Positions 40,602 through 51,273 of a DNA stretch of 64,000 nt are shown here, in pieces; the stretch's first letter is position 1, and every line of letters starts with the position of its first letter. Made by a program: the position numbers and the translations under genes. A model generated the notes under the pieces. The model was given only the letters and a program-made list of their open reading frames with translations, had not been told where the DNA came from and did no database searches. Origin of the DNA: an uncultured Armatimonadia bacterium (GTDB taxonomy: Bacteria; Armatimonadota; Zipacnadia; CAVVLO01); assembly GCA_963749155.1 (NCBI GenBank), contig CAVVLO010000005.1:224001-288000 (forward strand), read 5' to 3'.

Positions 40602-40626
40602 GCGAAGGCCCGAAAAGGGCTTTCGC
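40602..40626 (+). terminator. Stem-loop after the PHP gene (possible terminator)
   Basis: GCGAAGGCCC-GAAAA-GGGCTTTCGC; U tract weak. Confidence 0.5.
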
Positions 40627-40659
40627 TTGCCCAGAAACTTTAATAATGTGAAAAACTAC

Positions 40660-40688
40660 TTGCATAAAGTGAAAGGATATGGTATGCT
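40660..40688 (+). promoter_or_regulatory. Putative sigma70 promoter for the DUF2089 operon
   Basis: TTGCAT-17 bp-TATGCT with extended TG. Confidence 0.65.
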
Positions 40689-40716
40689 CTGGTTAGTCTG
40701 AATAGAGTTGAGGGTT

Positions 40717-41035
40717 ATGAAACGCGAAGACTTGCAGAAAAGCCCGCTTGCTTACCTTGACGCGCAGGAGCTGGAGTTCATCACCAGGTTCGTCCTGGCC
40801 TCCGGCTCGCTGAAAGAGGTCGCCAAGCAGTATGGAGTCAGTTACCCAACGCTCAGAGGCCGGCTGGACAAGCTGATTGAGAAATTGCAGCAGGCCAGGA
40901 CCGAGCGAGCCCCGGATGAGGTGCTCGATCTGATGGCCGACCTTATAGAAGCTGGCGAGATAACGATTTCCGGAGCCAAGACGGCTTCGAGAAGCCTACA
41001 GGAAGAAGTCCGAGGAGGAGAAGCGCGATGACTGA
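40717..41035 (+). CDS. DUF2089 family HTH protein; probable +1 frameshift near 40981
   Basis: FITRFVLASGSLKEVAKQYGVSYPTLRGRLDKLI; the alternative frame gives AKRLREAYRKK ending at TGA 41035. Confidence 0.85.
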
Positions 41036-41384
41036 GTGGTATGGGATGCAGACTGGTATCTGGATTGGCGCAGGTGGGGGAGCTTTTATTGGCATACTGG
41101 GAGGCCTGATAGGCACCCTGACCAGCCTCTGGGCTCCCAAGGGGCTGCACAAGGCTTTCCTGCTGGGGACTTACAAACTGCTCAGGCTGGTCGGTGCTGT
41201 GGCGCTGGTTGCTGGGGTCGTCGCGCTCGTGCAAAAGCAGCCCTATCACGTTTACTACCCGCTGCTGCTGCTCGGACTGATTCTGCTGGTAGTGATGAGC
41301 GGTGTGCTGCCAGGCGTGAAGCGCCAGTATGAAGCCGCCGAACAGCGCAAGCTGCAGGCCGAGGATTTCCGAAGCGAATCATGA
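41028..41384 (+). CDS. Small three-TM membrane protein
   Basis: GGAFIGILGGLIG; QPYHVYYPLLLLG; overlaps the end of the DUF2089 gene. Confidence 0.8.
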   Translation: MTEWYGMQTGIWIGAGGGAFIGILGGLIGTLTSLWAPKGLHKAFLLGTYKLLRLVGAVALVAGVVALVQKQPYHVYYPLLLLGLILLVVMSGVLPGVKRQYEAAEQRKLQAEDFRSES

Positions 41385-41390
41385 GTGGAG

Positions 41391-41421
41391 AAGGGGCCCG
41401 GCCAATCAACCGGGCCCCTTT
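41391..41421. terminator. Stem-loop terminator between convergent genes
   Basis: AAGGGGCCCGG...CCGGGCCCCTT followed by T. Confidence 0.7.
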
Positions 41422-41425
41422 CGCT

Positions 41426-44085
41426 CTAGTAGGTCACTCTGAAGACTGCCACGCTGTCGATAATAAGCTGCGCCTCGGGCGCCGTCAGCAGCAGTCGGTA
41501 TTCCACTTGTTCCCGGTCTGCGTCATTGGAGAAAGGCACCGCGATATAGCTCCAGCCCTCCTGGAGAAGGTCTGCCCCTCGTAGTTGCTGCTTGCCTAGT
41601 ACCTCTCCATGCTCGAAAACGTCTACCTCACCCAGGCTACCCTCTGGCAAGACTGCGTTCGGCTTCAGCCGGAAGAGGGCCAGATAGTCGCCGGCCGGGC
41701 ACAGGCAGATAAGGACCATAGAGGGTGTAGTTGCCCCACTCCTCTTCTAGCTGGCCAGAGACCCACACCCGGTCTTGCCAGGCGTCCTCTGCCTCGCCCA
41801 GGCTCCCCGACCGGTGCGCAGAATCGAGAGCCGCGCTGTAAAGGCTGACCAACTGGGCGCTCTTTGGCTGCTCTGGCAGGGCGAGTGATGGGATAACGTG
41901 TACGGCCAGTTTCCGGCCCAGCTCGCCTCCTGGCCAGCTCACTTTCAAGTTCAACTCGCCCTCTTTGGCGGGGAAGGCAAGCTTCGCAGTGCCTTGTGCG
42001 CGGGGTGAGAGAGTCATATTCACCTTAACCAGCGGCGCTTCTTCCACCATCAGGTTGTAAGTCTGCTCGCTCTGGCTGGCATTGGACAGTCTCGCTTCGA
42101 TGCTCAAAGGCAGACCTTCTAACGCGATCGCCTGGCGGGGATATTCGACGACTGGATTGGTGTCGTAATATTCTCTTGGCCAACGCGAAAAGCTGGTCAG
42201 GACGCACGAGCTGGAACTGCTCCGGATCAAGCTGCTGCTGAATCCAGAGGGCATCGTCTGGACTGCGGAACGGCCCAAGGGGCAGATGGATTGGCACGAA
42301 CAGAGGGCGTTCGGGCGAGACAGCCGCCAGATGCCTCAGTTGCTCCAACAACTGTTCCTTGGTACTTGGTCCTCTGGGCAGGCGCGTTTTCAGCCAGATG
42401 AGATCCGGTAGTGGATAGTCATCCCCTACGATGCCCGCATACCCCTCCTGCATCCCCACCAGGCGGTCGCCTACTGCGGCCTCCCAGGTCAGCGCGAAAT
42501 CGCGGGTCGCCGGCCCCCAGCAGAGTACCGCCGCATATTGATAACCTGTAGTATCCAGAGTCTCGCCCACGAAGTTGAGGTAGCGTTCGAGGTCGTCCTG
42601 GGCCATCAGGTTGGGATAATTGTAGCCCGCGCCAAAGCCGCCGATGAGCGCATCCTGGTCGGTAGCCTGCTCCACATAATAGGTGAATATATCGGGTGCC
42701 AGCTTGTGCACCAGAGGTTGCACTTCCCAGCCAAAGGGCACCTGGCCGCGCGCCGGGTCAGGCCAACGGCCTTCCTGGAAAGAATACAGGCACCAGGTCG
42801 CATCGCCGTCAGACAAGATGAAGGAGACGTAGACTTTTCCCTTCTCGAGAGGAGGAGGCGGTACCACTTTTGGCTTCGGCAAGGCCTCTGGCTTCATCCA
42901 TTGATGCCAGGAAAAATTGGGCGCGCCGCTGCAGATGACGAAATTTCCGGTGGTGCTTGCTTGCTGGACGTGCAAGGCTTCGGAGTCGCGTTCGGTCTGC
43001 CAGCCAAGTACCCAGCCAGGCTTATCCATAGAATCAAGCAACCGGTTTCGCACGGCGTATTCTTCTGGGTAGTTGTCCGGGTCCGCCGAAAGGTTGAAGA
43101 AGAGGCCTTTATGCGCCACTACATAATCGCGTGTGAAGTTTTCTGGATAGGGTATATACGGGACTATCGTCCACTGACCGTTCTCCATCACTAAGTGGGC
43201 CTGCGCCAGCACCTGCCAGTTGCCCTCGGCATCCAGTGCTTCTACCTTGTAGCCATTTTTTACGCGCACTCTCAGGCTGTAAGACTGGCCGGGCGTTGCG
43301 GGCAGGCGATAAGTAAAATATTGGTCCTGGTCGGCGATACGGTCGCCTTCAGGATCGAACCAGGACCTGTATTCATCAATCAGATAATCGCCCTCGTCCG
43401 GAGCGCCCGCGGTCACCTGCACAAGAGGTCTGTTGGCCTCGTCCAGCAGCGTCATCAACTCGAACTTGGCGCCCATACCATCTTCAGTCCGCGTGTCCGA
43501 GAACCTGATTGTAAGGCCGTCCTCGCGGATATATCCACTGACATCAAACCGCAGCTCTATTGGCGTGGTCAGGCACGCCACGACCGATTTGTTCCAGTCG
43601 GTCAGGTTGGCCAGCGTCCAGTCATAAATCCGGGGGAAGTCCCAACCGGCGAACTGCTCGGTGATATCCGCAACCTTCTGGTAGCCGTAGGCTGCAACGC
43701 GCGCCTCGAGCGGCTTGGGGACGGGAATCAAGTCTTGCTGGGCCGCATAGTTGGCGGCGAGGTTGCCTTCCTCCGGCCAGACTGGATCCCACAGCACATA
43801 GCCCTTCACATAAGGCCTGGCCAGGTCCAGCAGCTCCCATCGGTCGGCGAGCAGCTCTGGATTCGCGCCGAAGCGCGTCCTGTCCCAGTCCAGCCACGGC
43901 TCGCAGTACTGATGCCAGTTGAGGAAGACGTTTGGCCCCTCGCGGTTCATCATACCTTGCAGGCAGGAAAACAACACACCTTCTTCCCACTCGACTCCCT
44001 GCATCGGCACTTCAACAGGCAGGGTGGCAGTCCAGGCAGAAAGGCCTAGCAGCAATCCCAGTAAAACAATCAAGCCAATTTTCAT
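41426..44085 (-). CDS. Secreted GxGYxYP-family putative glycoside hydrolase; +1 frameshifts near 42175 and 41698
   Basis: Signal peptide; LQGMMNR, KGYVLWD, FILSDGD, RGQVPFGW, GAGYNYP motif; three ORFs join into one. Confidence 0.82.
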
Positions 44086-44209
44086 AACGCCATCTCCTCA
44101 GTCGCTGGCCAAGGTTTCGAGATATAAAAGGTGTCCCCCTGCCAGCAGGAAAGCCTTATGTCGCGCCGAACAGAAAACGACTCCCCCTGGGCATAAGGAG
44201 GCGCTTTAT

Positions 44210-46190
44210 ATCGCTGCAACGAGCGAACACCAGCTAGCAAAGCCTGTATCGCGCAGCCCGCTTACCTTGAGAGCCTTCCTGATTGGCCTCTTTGGAAGTG
44301 GCGTGCTGGCGTTCGCCACCCCATATAACGACTTCAAGATAGGCGCCACCTACCTCAGCGGGAACTATTTTCCAGTTGCGCACTTCTTCTATCTGCTCTT
44401 CTTTATCCTTGTCGTCAACGTCATCCTGGGAAAAGTGGCCCCGCGCAAGCGGCTGTCTGCCGCCGAACTGGCCTTCATCTGGGCGATGTTAACTGCCAGC
44501 AGTGCCATAGGCAGCTCGGGCCTGATGCGCTATCTGATCCCGCAACTGCCCGCGATGACGTACTACGCGACCCCTGAAAACGGCTGGGCCGAGTCGCTGG
44601 TGACCAATATCCCCTCCTGGATGCAGATCACTCATGAGCGTGCCGTTTGGGGTTTCCTGGAAGGACTTAAAGGCTGGGAAAAGGTACCCTGGGGGCAATG
44701 GGCTGTCCCCTTGCTAACCTGGGGCCTCTTCACTGCTCTGCTATGGGGCTCGTTCTTCTTCTTTTCCATACTCATCCGGGCCGAATGGGTAGACCGAGAG
44801 CGTTTTACCTTTCCGCTCGTTCAGTTGCCCCTGGAGGTAATGGAGGAGCCCGAGCCAGGCCATCTGCTGCCGCGCTTCTTCCACAGCAAGCCGATGTGGT
44901 GGACCGTCGGCCTGCTTACGGTCTACCACACGCTGATAGGCCTAAACCGCCTCTACCCGCAAATACCGGCGCCTCCCCATACCTATCGCTGGATTTACGG
45001 TTTACCTGGCATCTGGTCTGCCTTTCAAGATTGGGCTCTCACGATCTTCCCACTGGTGATAGGGGTCAGCTATCTGATCAATAATGAGGTGCTCTTTAGC
45101 CTCTGGTTTATGTTCGTGCTCTACCGACTCGTCCGGTTTGGGATGCTTTTCTATGGTATGACCATCGCCGGCGTGGCGGTCGGTTATTGCGACTCGGCCC
45201 TCTCGAGCTACACCTCGGCCGGCGCCTCACTCGTCATCACACTTTGGGCTTTCTGGGTGGGGCGAGACCACTTCGCTAGCGTCTTCCGCGGCATCTTCCA
45301 TCGCCAGCCACAGCTCAAGGAACCCGAGAGCGTCTCCTACCGATGGGCGACTCTAGGCTACCTGATCACCCTGCTCGGGATGATAGTCTGGCTTATGGTC
45401 GCAGGGGTCAACCTGTGGATGGCCTTGGCGACGGTTGTTGTTGCTCAGGTCGCTTACATTGCGCTCGCCTGGATTGCCTCTCAGGCCGGGGTGCTCTTCC
45501 TGCAGGGACCTTTTACGGGCAGCGAGATACTGACCAACCTGCTTGGCAGCAAGGTTTGGGATCCGCGTTCTATCGTAGTGCCCTCAATTGTTGAAAATGT
45601 CTACGGGGTCGACCTGCGCGAATATATGCTGCCGCAGCTTGTTGGCGCGCAGAAGCTCGCCGACAGCCTTAGAGCCAATCGCAAGGCCTTGCTTTGGGCA
45701 ATGGTCGCAGCTGTCATCGCCGGCACAATCGGCTCCGGCTGGATGGCGGTCGCTATGCCCTATCACAGTGGAGGCGGCACCGCCCTATTCAACGCATGGA
45801 CTTATGTCGAAGCTCCGCAACGCCCTCTACGTTATGCAGCAAGTGCCATTACAATGCCCACCAACGGGAATTGGGCCGTCGGTGCGGGGGTCATCGGGGG
45901 CGCTATCGGTTGCTGGCTGTTGCTTTTCCTGCGCTCTCGCCTGCCCTGGATGAGCCTCCACCCGGGCAGGCTGGATTGCTGCAGGTAGTTATCCTGGCAA
46001 GGTGTTTGGCTTCTCCTTCTTCATCGCCTGGGTGCTGAAGACGCTCATCCTGCGCTATGGGGGTCCAACGCTCTATCGGCGCGCGAGGCCCGTCTTTATG
46101 GGGCTTATCCTCGGTGACACCATCAATGGAGCCATCTGGATAATCGTTGGCTTCATCACCAAACACGGCTATCCCCTATTGCCTCTGTGA
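44210..46190 (+). CDS. DUF6785/DUF6784-type polytopic membrane protein (putative transporter); +1 frameshift near 45964
   Basis: LSAAEL, PWGQWAVPL, WVDRERFTFPLVQLP, LHP, LILRYGG...ARPVFMGLILG; many TM helices; start uncertain (SD precedes ATC 44210). Confidence 0.78.
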
Positions 46191-46211
46191 GGCTCTTTGG
46201 AGGGCTTCTTT

Positions 46212-48371
46212 ATGAAGATAATCCTGTTGTTGCTAGTGCTAATCGCGGCGCAATCGTTAGCTGCCAGGCTGGAGGGGCCCTCCCAGTCGACTGGTAGCCT
46301 GCTTGCTGGCCTGACGCTGCGTACTGAGACGGGTGACTGGGTGCTGGAAAGCCTCAAGGTGACCTTCAGAGGGCACGAGGAAGAGCTGTTGATGGGCGAA
46401 GGAAGGATTATCACCCCTCTTGAAGGCGGTTTCGAGGCGGCCGAGAGCTTTATTATTGATGGTGAGAACCGCTACCAGGTTTGGGCTACCGCGCTTCTCG
46501 AGGCCAACTGCCTGCGCCTGGAAGTCACTGGCGATGAGGTCATCGGATGGGAAGCCGGATGGCGCGCCGAGGGCACGCCCATCACACGCCTCTTCCTCAG
46601 CAAGGGCTTCGTAATGGATAAACCCACCCTCCCCTATGAGCTGCGTTATCCCGTGATGGGTCACGCCACCTATATGCGCGGTCACGGGCTGGAGACCGAA
46701 AAAGGCGCCCTCTACTGCCTCGTAGATGGCGTCGCTACGCGCTTCTGGTGCGATGGTCCGAAGGGTCAGTTCGCCCTCGCCGCTAGCTGTGGCACCGAAG
46801 TGATGCGCTTTTACTGGGGGGCAAAGCCCTTCGCGCGTCTTTTGATAGGACTCCGTGACGAGGTCGCCCTGAAGCTGCCTGACTATATGCCCAACCCCGT
46901 GTTGAAGGGCCGCCAATACGCTTTCAGCGGGGCTACGTCCGGTCAGATGGCAAAAGAGATGGCCAAACCTTTCTTCCAGCGCGGCATCACCGATCTGGCT
47001 TTCGTCCAGTTCGGCTGGATGGGCAACGAAGCGCCCAACTACTGGCCTCCGCGCAAAGGCGATGAGCCTGAGCAGATGAGGGCCTTCAACGACATCTGTT
47101 TTGCAGCCGGCGCCCTCTACTGCCCTTATGACAACCAGACAGAGTTCGGCACCGATGCGCCAGGCTATGACCCCAAAGCAGTGATGTATGATGCGAAGGG
47201 CGACCCTATCATCGCCTGGACGGACAAGGCGGCGGGCAAAGAATGGCACGCGGTCTTCCCCTGGGTGGGGGAGGAGGCTTCTCGCCAGGTGCATGAGCTA
47301 CTGAACCAATATGTTGATCCTCAAGGTCTCTTCATTGATGTCGTGGCGACGCGCTTCTTCGACCGAGTCTGGGACTGGGAAGGCAAGGAGTACAACGGCA
47401 GGGAGTTATTTGACGGTTATGCCCATTATCTGGATACCGCCAAAGACATCGAAGGCAACGGCAACGGCCTTCCGGATAGAGCAGATCCCCCTATCGTCTC
47501 GGAAGACGCCTGGGAGTGGCAACTGCCGCATGTAGATACCTCGCAGGCCTACTTTTTCCCATACTTCTTCCATGGCAATCCGGCCCCGCATGACTGGTTT
47601 CCGCACCTGTCGTTGCTTTACCACCGCCAATATGCGGACTTCGGGATGGGCTGGTATGCGATGTACGCGGGCGATGACAGCCTGCAGTTCCATAACACCG
47701 AGGACTGGACCAACGAAGAGGTGCTCTTCGACGACTATATCTCGGCCCAAATATTGATGGGCGAGGCTGGCTTCCTCTGGCCCGATGTATTCAGCCCCGT
47801 CAGGCAGCGCGTGGCCTATATCGGGCGTCTCTACTACAGGATGCACGCCTTCAACGAGCAGGTCTTCGGGAAGGCCTTCACCGGCTTCGAGTACGAGGGT
47901 GACTCCCTCTTCCGTACAAAGGCCACCTATGACGATGGCACACGCGTTTGGGTGAACCGCGGCGAAGGGCTTTGGAACGTGGAAGGACGCCTTATTGCCC
48001 CAGTGGGGCTTCTGGTTTGAGGGAAACGATGCAAAGGGCGGCCATTGGCTTCCGGAAGGCAGGCAGAAGCCCGTGGACTGGGCGCAGGTAGAGGGCGAGG
48101 TCTACGCTGACGGGCGTGGAGAGGCCTTCGACTTCGGCGACCTGACCACCAAGGGGCCCGTTGCCCTCTGGCAGAAGAACCCGCGAGAGCTATGTGTCGT
48201 AGCCCTCGGCAACGTAGGCGACTCTCTCTTTCGACCTGGAAGCCCTTGGCTTCGGCTCCGGATGGGCAACCGGAGGAGGGGGCTTTCTTCCGGCGCGAGG
48301 GCAACCGCTGGGTGCTCACTGCCCCGATGGACGCGGGCAGCGAGCCAGCCATCTTCCGCACCCAAAATTAG
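46212..48371 (+). CDS. Secreted putative glycoside hydrolase (GH101/DUF5696-like TIM barrel); frameshifts near 47993 and probably 48225-48265
   Basis: Signal peptide MKIILLLLVL; YDN, GLFIDV, IVSED, GTRVWVN; 3' end reconstructed and uncertain. Confidence 0.6.
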
Positions 48372-50935
48372 TCGGCTAGTTCCACTACACAGGCCACATC
48401 AAAGGCAGGCAGATCTATCAGCAGGCCTTCCTGACTGTTGCTGGTGGAGGCCGGCTGGCCCTCTCCGCAGTCGGGATGGACGGTCACCTGGCCCTCTTTT
48501 GCCCCTCTCCTTAGCAGCTTGCCGCCCTCGAAAGGCTTCTCGGCCCGGTTCACGAGGTATAGCAACTGCCTTCCGGGCGCCTGCCAGAGGAAGCAAGAGA
48601 GCTGCGCGCTGCCGGGCAGTATCTCAAAAGGCGCCTCAAAGCCCTTTGCTGAAAGTGCCTGGTCGAGGGCCGCAAGGCCTTTGCGTCTGGACTCTTCTCC
48701 CTCTCGAGAAGGCGCAGGCCAGAGGAACAGAGGCGGCGTATTTCCCCAGTGCCTGTCTCGGACGGGCTGGCCGGTATAGGCCTTGCCGTAGTCCTGGAGC
48801 TCTAGCCTCTTGCAGCTGTCTTTAGCCTCTTCCGGAAGGGGCCTTGCCGCCTCATCCTGAAGGGCAAAACGCCCTCCGGTGATTACGGTGCCCCCTTCCT
48901 CTGAATAGGCAGTGAGGGCTTCCAGTGCCTTTTGCGGCAGTCTTGCGCAGTCCGGCACCAGCACCCAGTCATAGCCTCTGAGTGATTCTGGTTTCAGCGT
49001 TAGTTCAGTCAGTGTGACGACATCTACCGGCTCATGGCGTAGCTCCAGCAGCTTGTACCAGCCCATAAAGCTGCGGAAGTCATTGCCTGGGCCCTCTTCC
49101 TCATCCGGCAAGAGGGGCGTGAGAGGCTCGATAAGGGCGACCTTGGCGACCGGCTTGGCTCCCTCAAGCAGCTTGATGCCCGCAACACTGGTAGTCCCGA
49201 GGCGCGTTAGCTCCTCCAGGCTGAAGGTCGGATAGTAGCTGTAGTCTGCGACCGCGCCCAGGTGCCAGCCGCACCAGTTAAGGCCTACCGTACCGTGCTG
49301 GATGGCGCTATGAGTGAGCTGAGCAAGAGGCCGCTCCCCCAGGTACACGCCCGAGGTGAAGTCTATCAGGTCTACCGCCCAGAGGGGCTTGCCATACTTG
49401 CGCGCGACATCCATGCAGACGGTCGCCCTGTAGGGATCGCCATCGGCCGAGCATACCTGCATACCGATGGCATCGAAGGCCTCGCCCTTCATCGCTACGA
49501 GGTCAGGGCTGATGGTGCTACTTTGCGTGTAGTCCCACTCGGCGGGGAAGCCAAAGCTCATCGTGAGGTAGGTGACCAGCTTGCGGTCGGGGATGCGCTC
49601 CTTCACCAGCGCGCCCAAATCCGCGATATAGTCGGCCCCAGCCTCGTACCAGTAGGCGGTAAAGTCGGCCACAGCGGCGTTGTGGTTGGCCCAGGGCCTG
49701 TTGGCGGGCTGTCCGAGGGCCGTAATGCGAAAGACACCCGCACCCTCCGGCCCACCATCCGGCGCCCATCCGGTCTCGAGGCCAGGCGAAACGCTCCAAT
49801 TCTGCACCGACCAGCCAGCGGGAGCTTCCTGGCCCTCCGGCCGGGGCAGCAGGTTGTCCTCCTGTCCCTCTTCCACGAGCAGCGGGGAGGAGAAGTACGC
49901 CGTCCCCTTGCCCACCAGCTTCAGCAACACCCAGGCCCGCCCTGTACCAGCCGGGGCGGTCCCAGTGACCGTGAGCCGCGTCCACTCGCTAGTGCCACGC
50001 ACCTTCTCGCTGTTGGTGCTCGCGAAGGGCGCCCCGCCAGTAGGCCGTACCCAGTTGTACTCCAGATAGGCTCCATCTCCTGTCACGCCTTCGGTTCTGG
50101 TCCAGCAGGTCAGGGTGTAGGTGTGGCCCTCCTTGATTTCCGAATAGGTCGTTGGCCCGGGCTGGGCGGTGGGGTCGGAGGCTGCCCCGGTGCTCCAGGA
50201 CGCCTCAGCTGCCCCGCCATCTAGCGCCATCAGTTGGCCCAGGTGCAGACCCTTGTCCTGTCCAACCAGCCCGAGTTTGGGCGCCTCGACCTCTTCAAAA
50301 CTGGTAAAGTCCGCCTCCCACGCCGTGTTCAACGCATCCAAAGTGTTGTATTTCGTCTGCAGCCACCGCTGGAAAGCCGCGATCTCCAGCGGGTGGTAGC
50401 GAGTGATGAGTGGGTACCACCATTCTGCCCCGGGGTGGATATACTTAACCACGCCGTCCGGGTCGTGCTCGGCAAGCCAGGCCGCCAGCGCGTCCACGAT
50501 GCGCTCCTGCTCTGCGCGGAACAGGGGCGAATGAAGGGTCGGCTCTCCGCTTGCCTGCCCGTTTGGACCCAGGGCCTGTTCTCCAGCTTTGCCCAGCTCG
50601 GTGCGCAGCCAGTCGGGACAGAACAACGGATTGAGCTCCGAGATGATCGCAAGCTGCAGCCCATGCTCCTTTGCATAAGCAATTTGGGCTTCCAGTGGGC
50701 TGAAATCGAGCGGTTCGCGCTGGAACCACGCCATCCGCCAGCCGCCCGAGATGGAGTCCATCCCCGTCACGCCCGTCGCCGGCATCAACTCCATTCCGTC
50801 AACTTCGGAGGGGTAAGAGTTGAAATATCCAACGAAAGGCTCTTCTGCCAGGGCTAGCGCCCCTGTCAGCATCAACAATAAAGCGGCCGCAGCAAGTATC
50901 ATCTTTGGTAACCTCATACGGTACATTTTGCGCAC
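48368..50935 (-). CDS. Secreted GH42 beta-galactosidase-like protein with CBM-like insert and trimerisation domain
   Basis: Signal peptide; PDWL, AFQRWLQTKYNTLDALNTAW; C-terminal YDWVLVP...GGTVI. Confidence 0.7.
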   Translation of the reverse strand: MRKMYRMRLPKMILAAAALLLMLTGALALAEEPFVGYFNSYPSEVDGMELMPATGVTGMDSISGGWRMAWFQREPLDFSPLEAQIAYAKEHGLQLAIISELNPLFCPDWLRTELGKAGEQALGPNGQASGEPTLHSPLFRAEQERIVDALAAWLAEHDPDGVVKYIHPGAEWWYPLITRYHPLEIAAFQRWLQTKYNTLDALNTAWEADFTSFEEVEAPKLGLVGQDKGLHLGQLMALDGGAAEASWSTGAASDPTAQPGPTTYSEIKEGHTYTLTCWTRTEGVTGDGAYLEYNWVRPTGGAPFASTNSEKVRGTSEWTRLTVTGTAPAGTGRAWVLLKLVGKGTAYFSSPLLVEEGQEDNLLPRPEGQEAPAGWSVQNWSVSPGLETGWAPDGGPEGAGVFRITALGQPANRPWANHNAAVADFTAYWYEAGADYIADLGALVKERIPDRKLVTYLTMSFGFPAEWDYTQSSTISPDLVAMKGEAFDAIGMQVCSADGDPYRATVCMDVARKYGKPLWAVDLIDFTSGVYLGERPLAQLTHSAIQHGTVGLNWCGWHLGAVADYSYYPTFSLEELTRLGTTSVAGIKLLEGAKPVAKVALIEPLTPLLPDEEEGPGNDFRSFMGWYKLLELRHEPVDVVTLTELTLKPESLRGYDWVLVPDCARLPQKALEALTAYSEEGGTVITGGRFALQDEAARPLPEEAKDSCKRLELQDYGKAYTGQPVRDRHWGNTPPLFLWPAPSREGEESRRKGLAALDQALSAKGFEAPFEILPGSAQLSCFLWQAPGRQLLYLVNRAEKPFEGGKLLRRGAKEGQVTVHPDCGEGQPASTSNSQEGLLIDLPAFDVACVVELAD

Positions 50936-51077
50936 TCTCGCTTGTGGGAGATTCAGTGACTTCTATAAGACACCCAGTATTGCAGTTCGTCTGACGCCCA
51001 GTTATCGGGTTGCTCGAAAAAGCCGGTACCGAGCCGGAAAGATGACCACCCAGCCCAGACAGGTATATAATCTGCCA

Positions 51078-51208
51078 GGCCCAGGTCGGCTTTCAGTCTG
51101 ATAGTTCCAGCCCCGCTCACCAGGCTAGCTTCGGCCCTAAAGTGACAAAGCCTGCCTGCCAATAACTTGGCTGGGAGGATTGGAACTGTCCTGAAGGTCT
51201 CTCTGCTT
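51078..51208 (+). ncRNA. Candidate structured RNA (long imperfect hairpin) upstream of ftsH
   Basis: TATAAT at 51066-51071. 51088-51096 pairs with 51191-51199 and 51100-51110 pairs with 51180-51190, using G-U pairs that only form on the + strand. Family not recognised. Confidence 0.35.
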
Positions 51209-51216
51209 GTTATAAT
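51208..51216 (+). promoter_or_regulatory. Extended -10 promoter element for ftsH
   Basis: TGTTATAAT about 60 nt upstream of the GTG start. Confidence 0.6.
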
Positions 51217-51273
51217 AGACTTGAGAATTTCAAAACAGTAAGCCGGGATACCCCTTTTCGGCTGGAGGCACTT

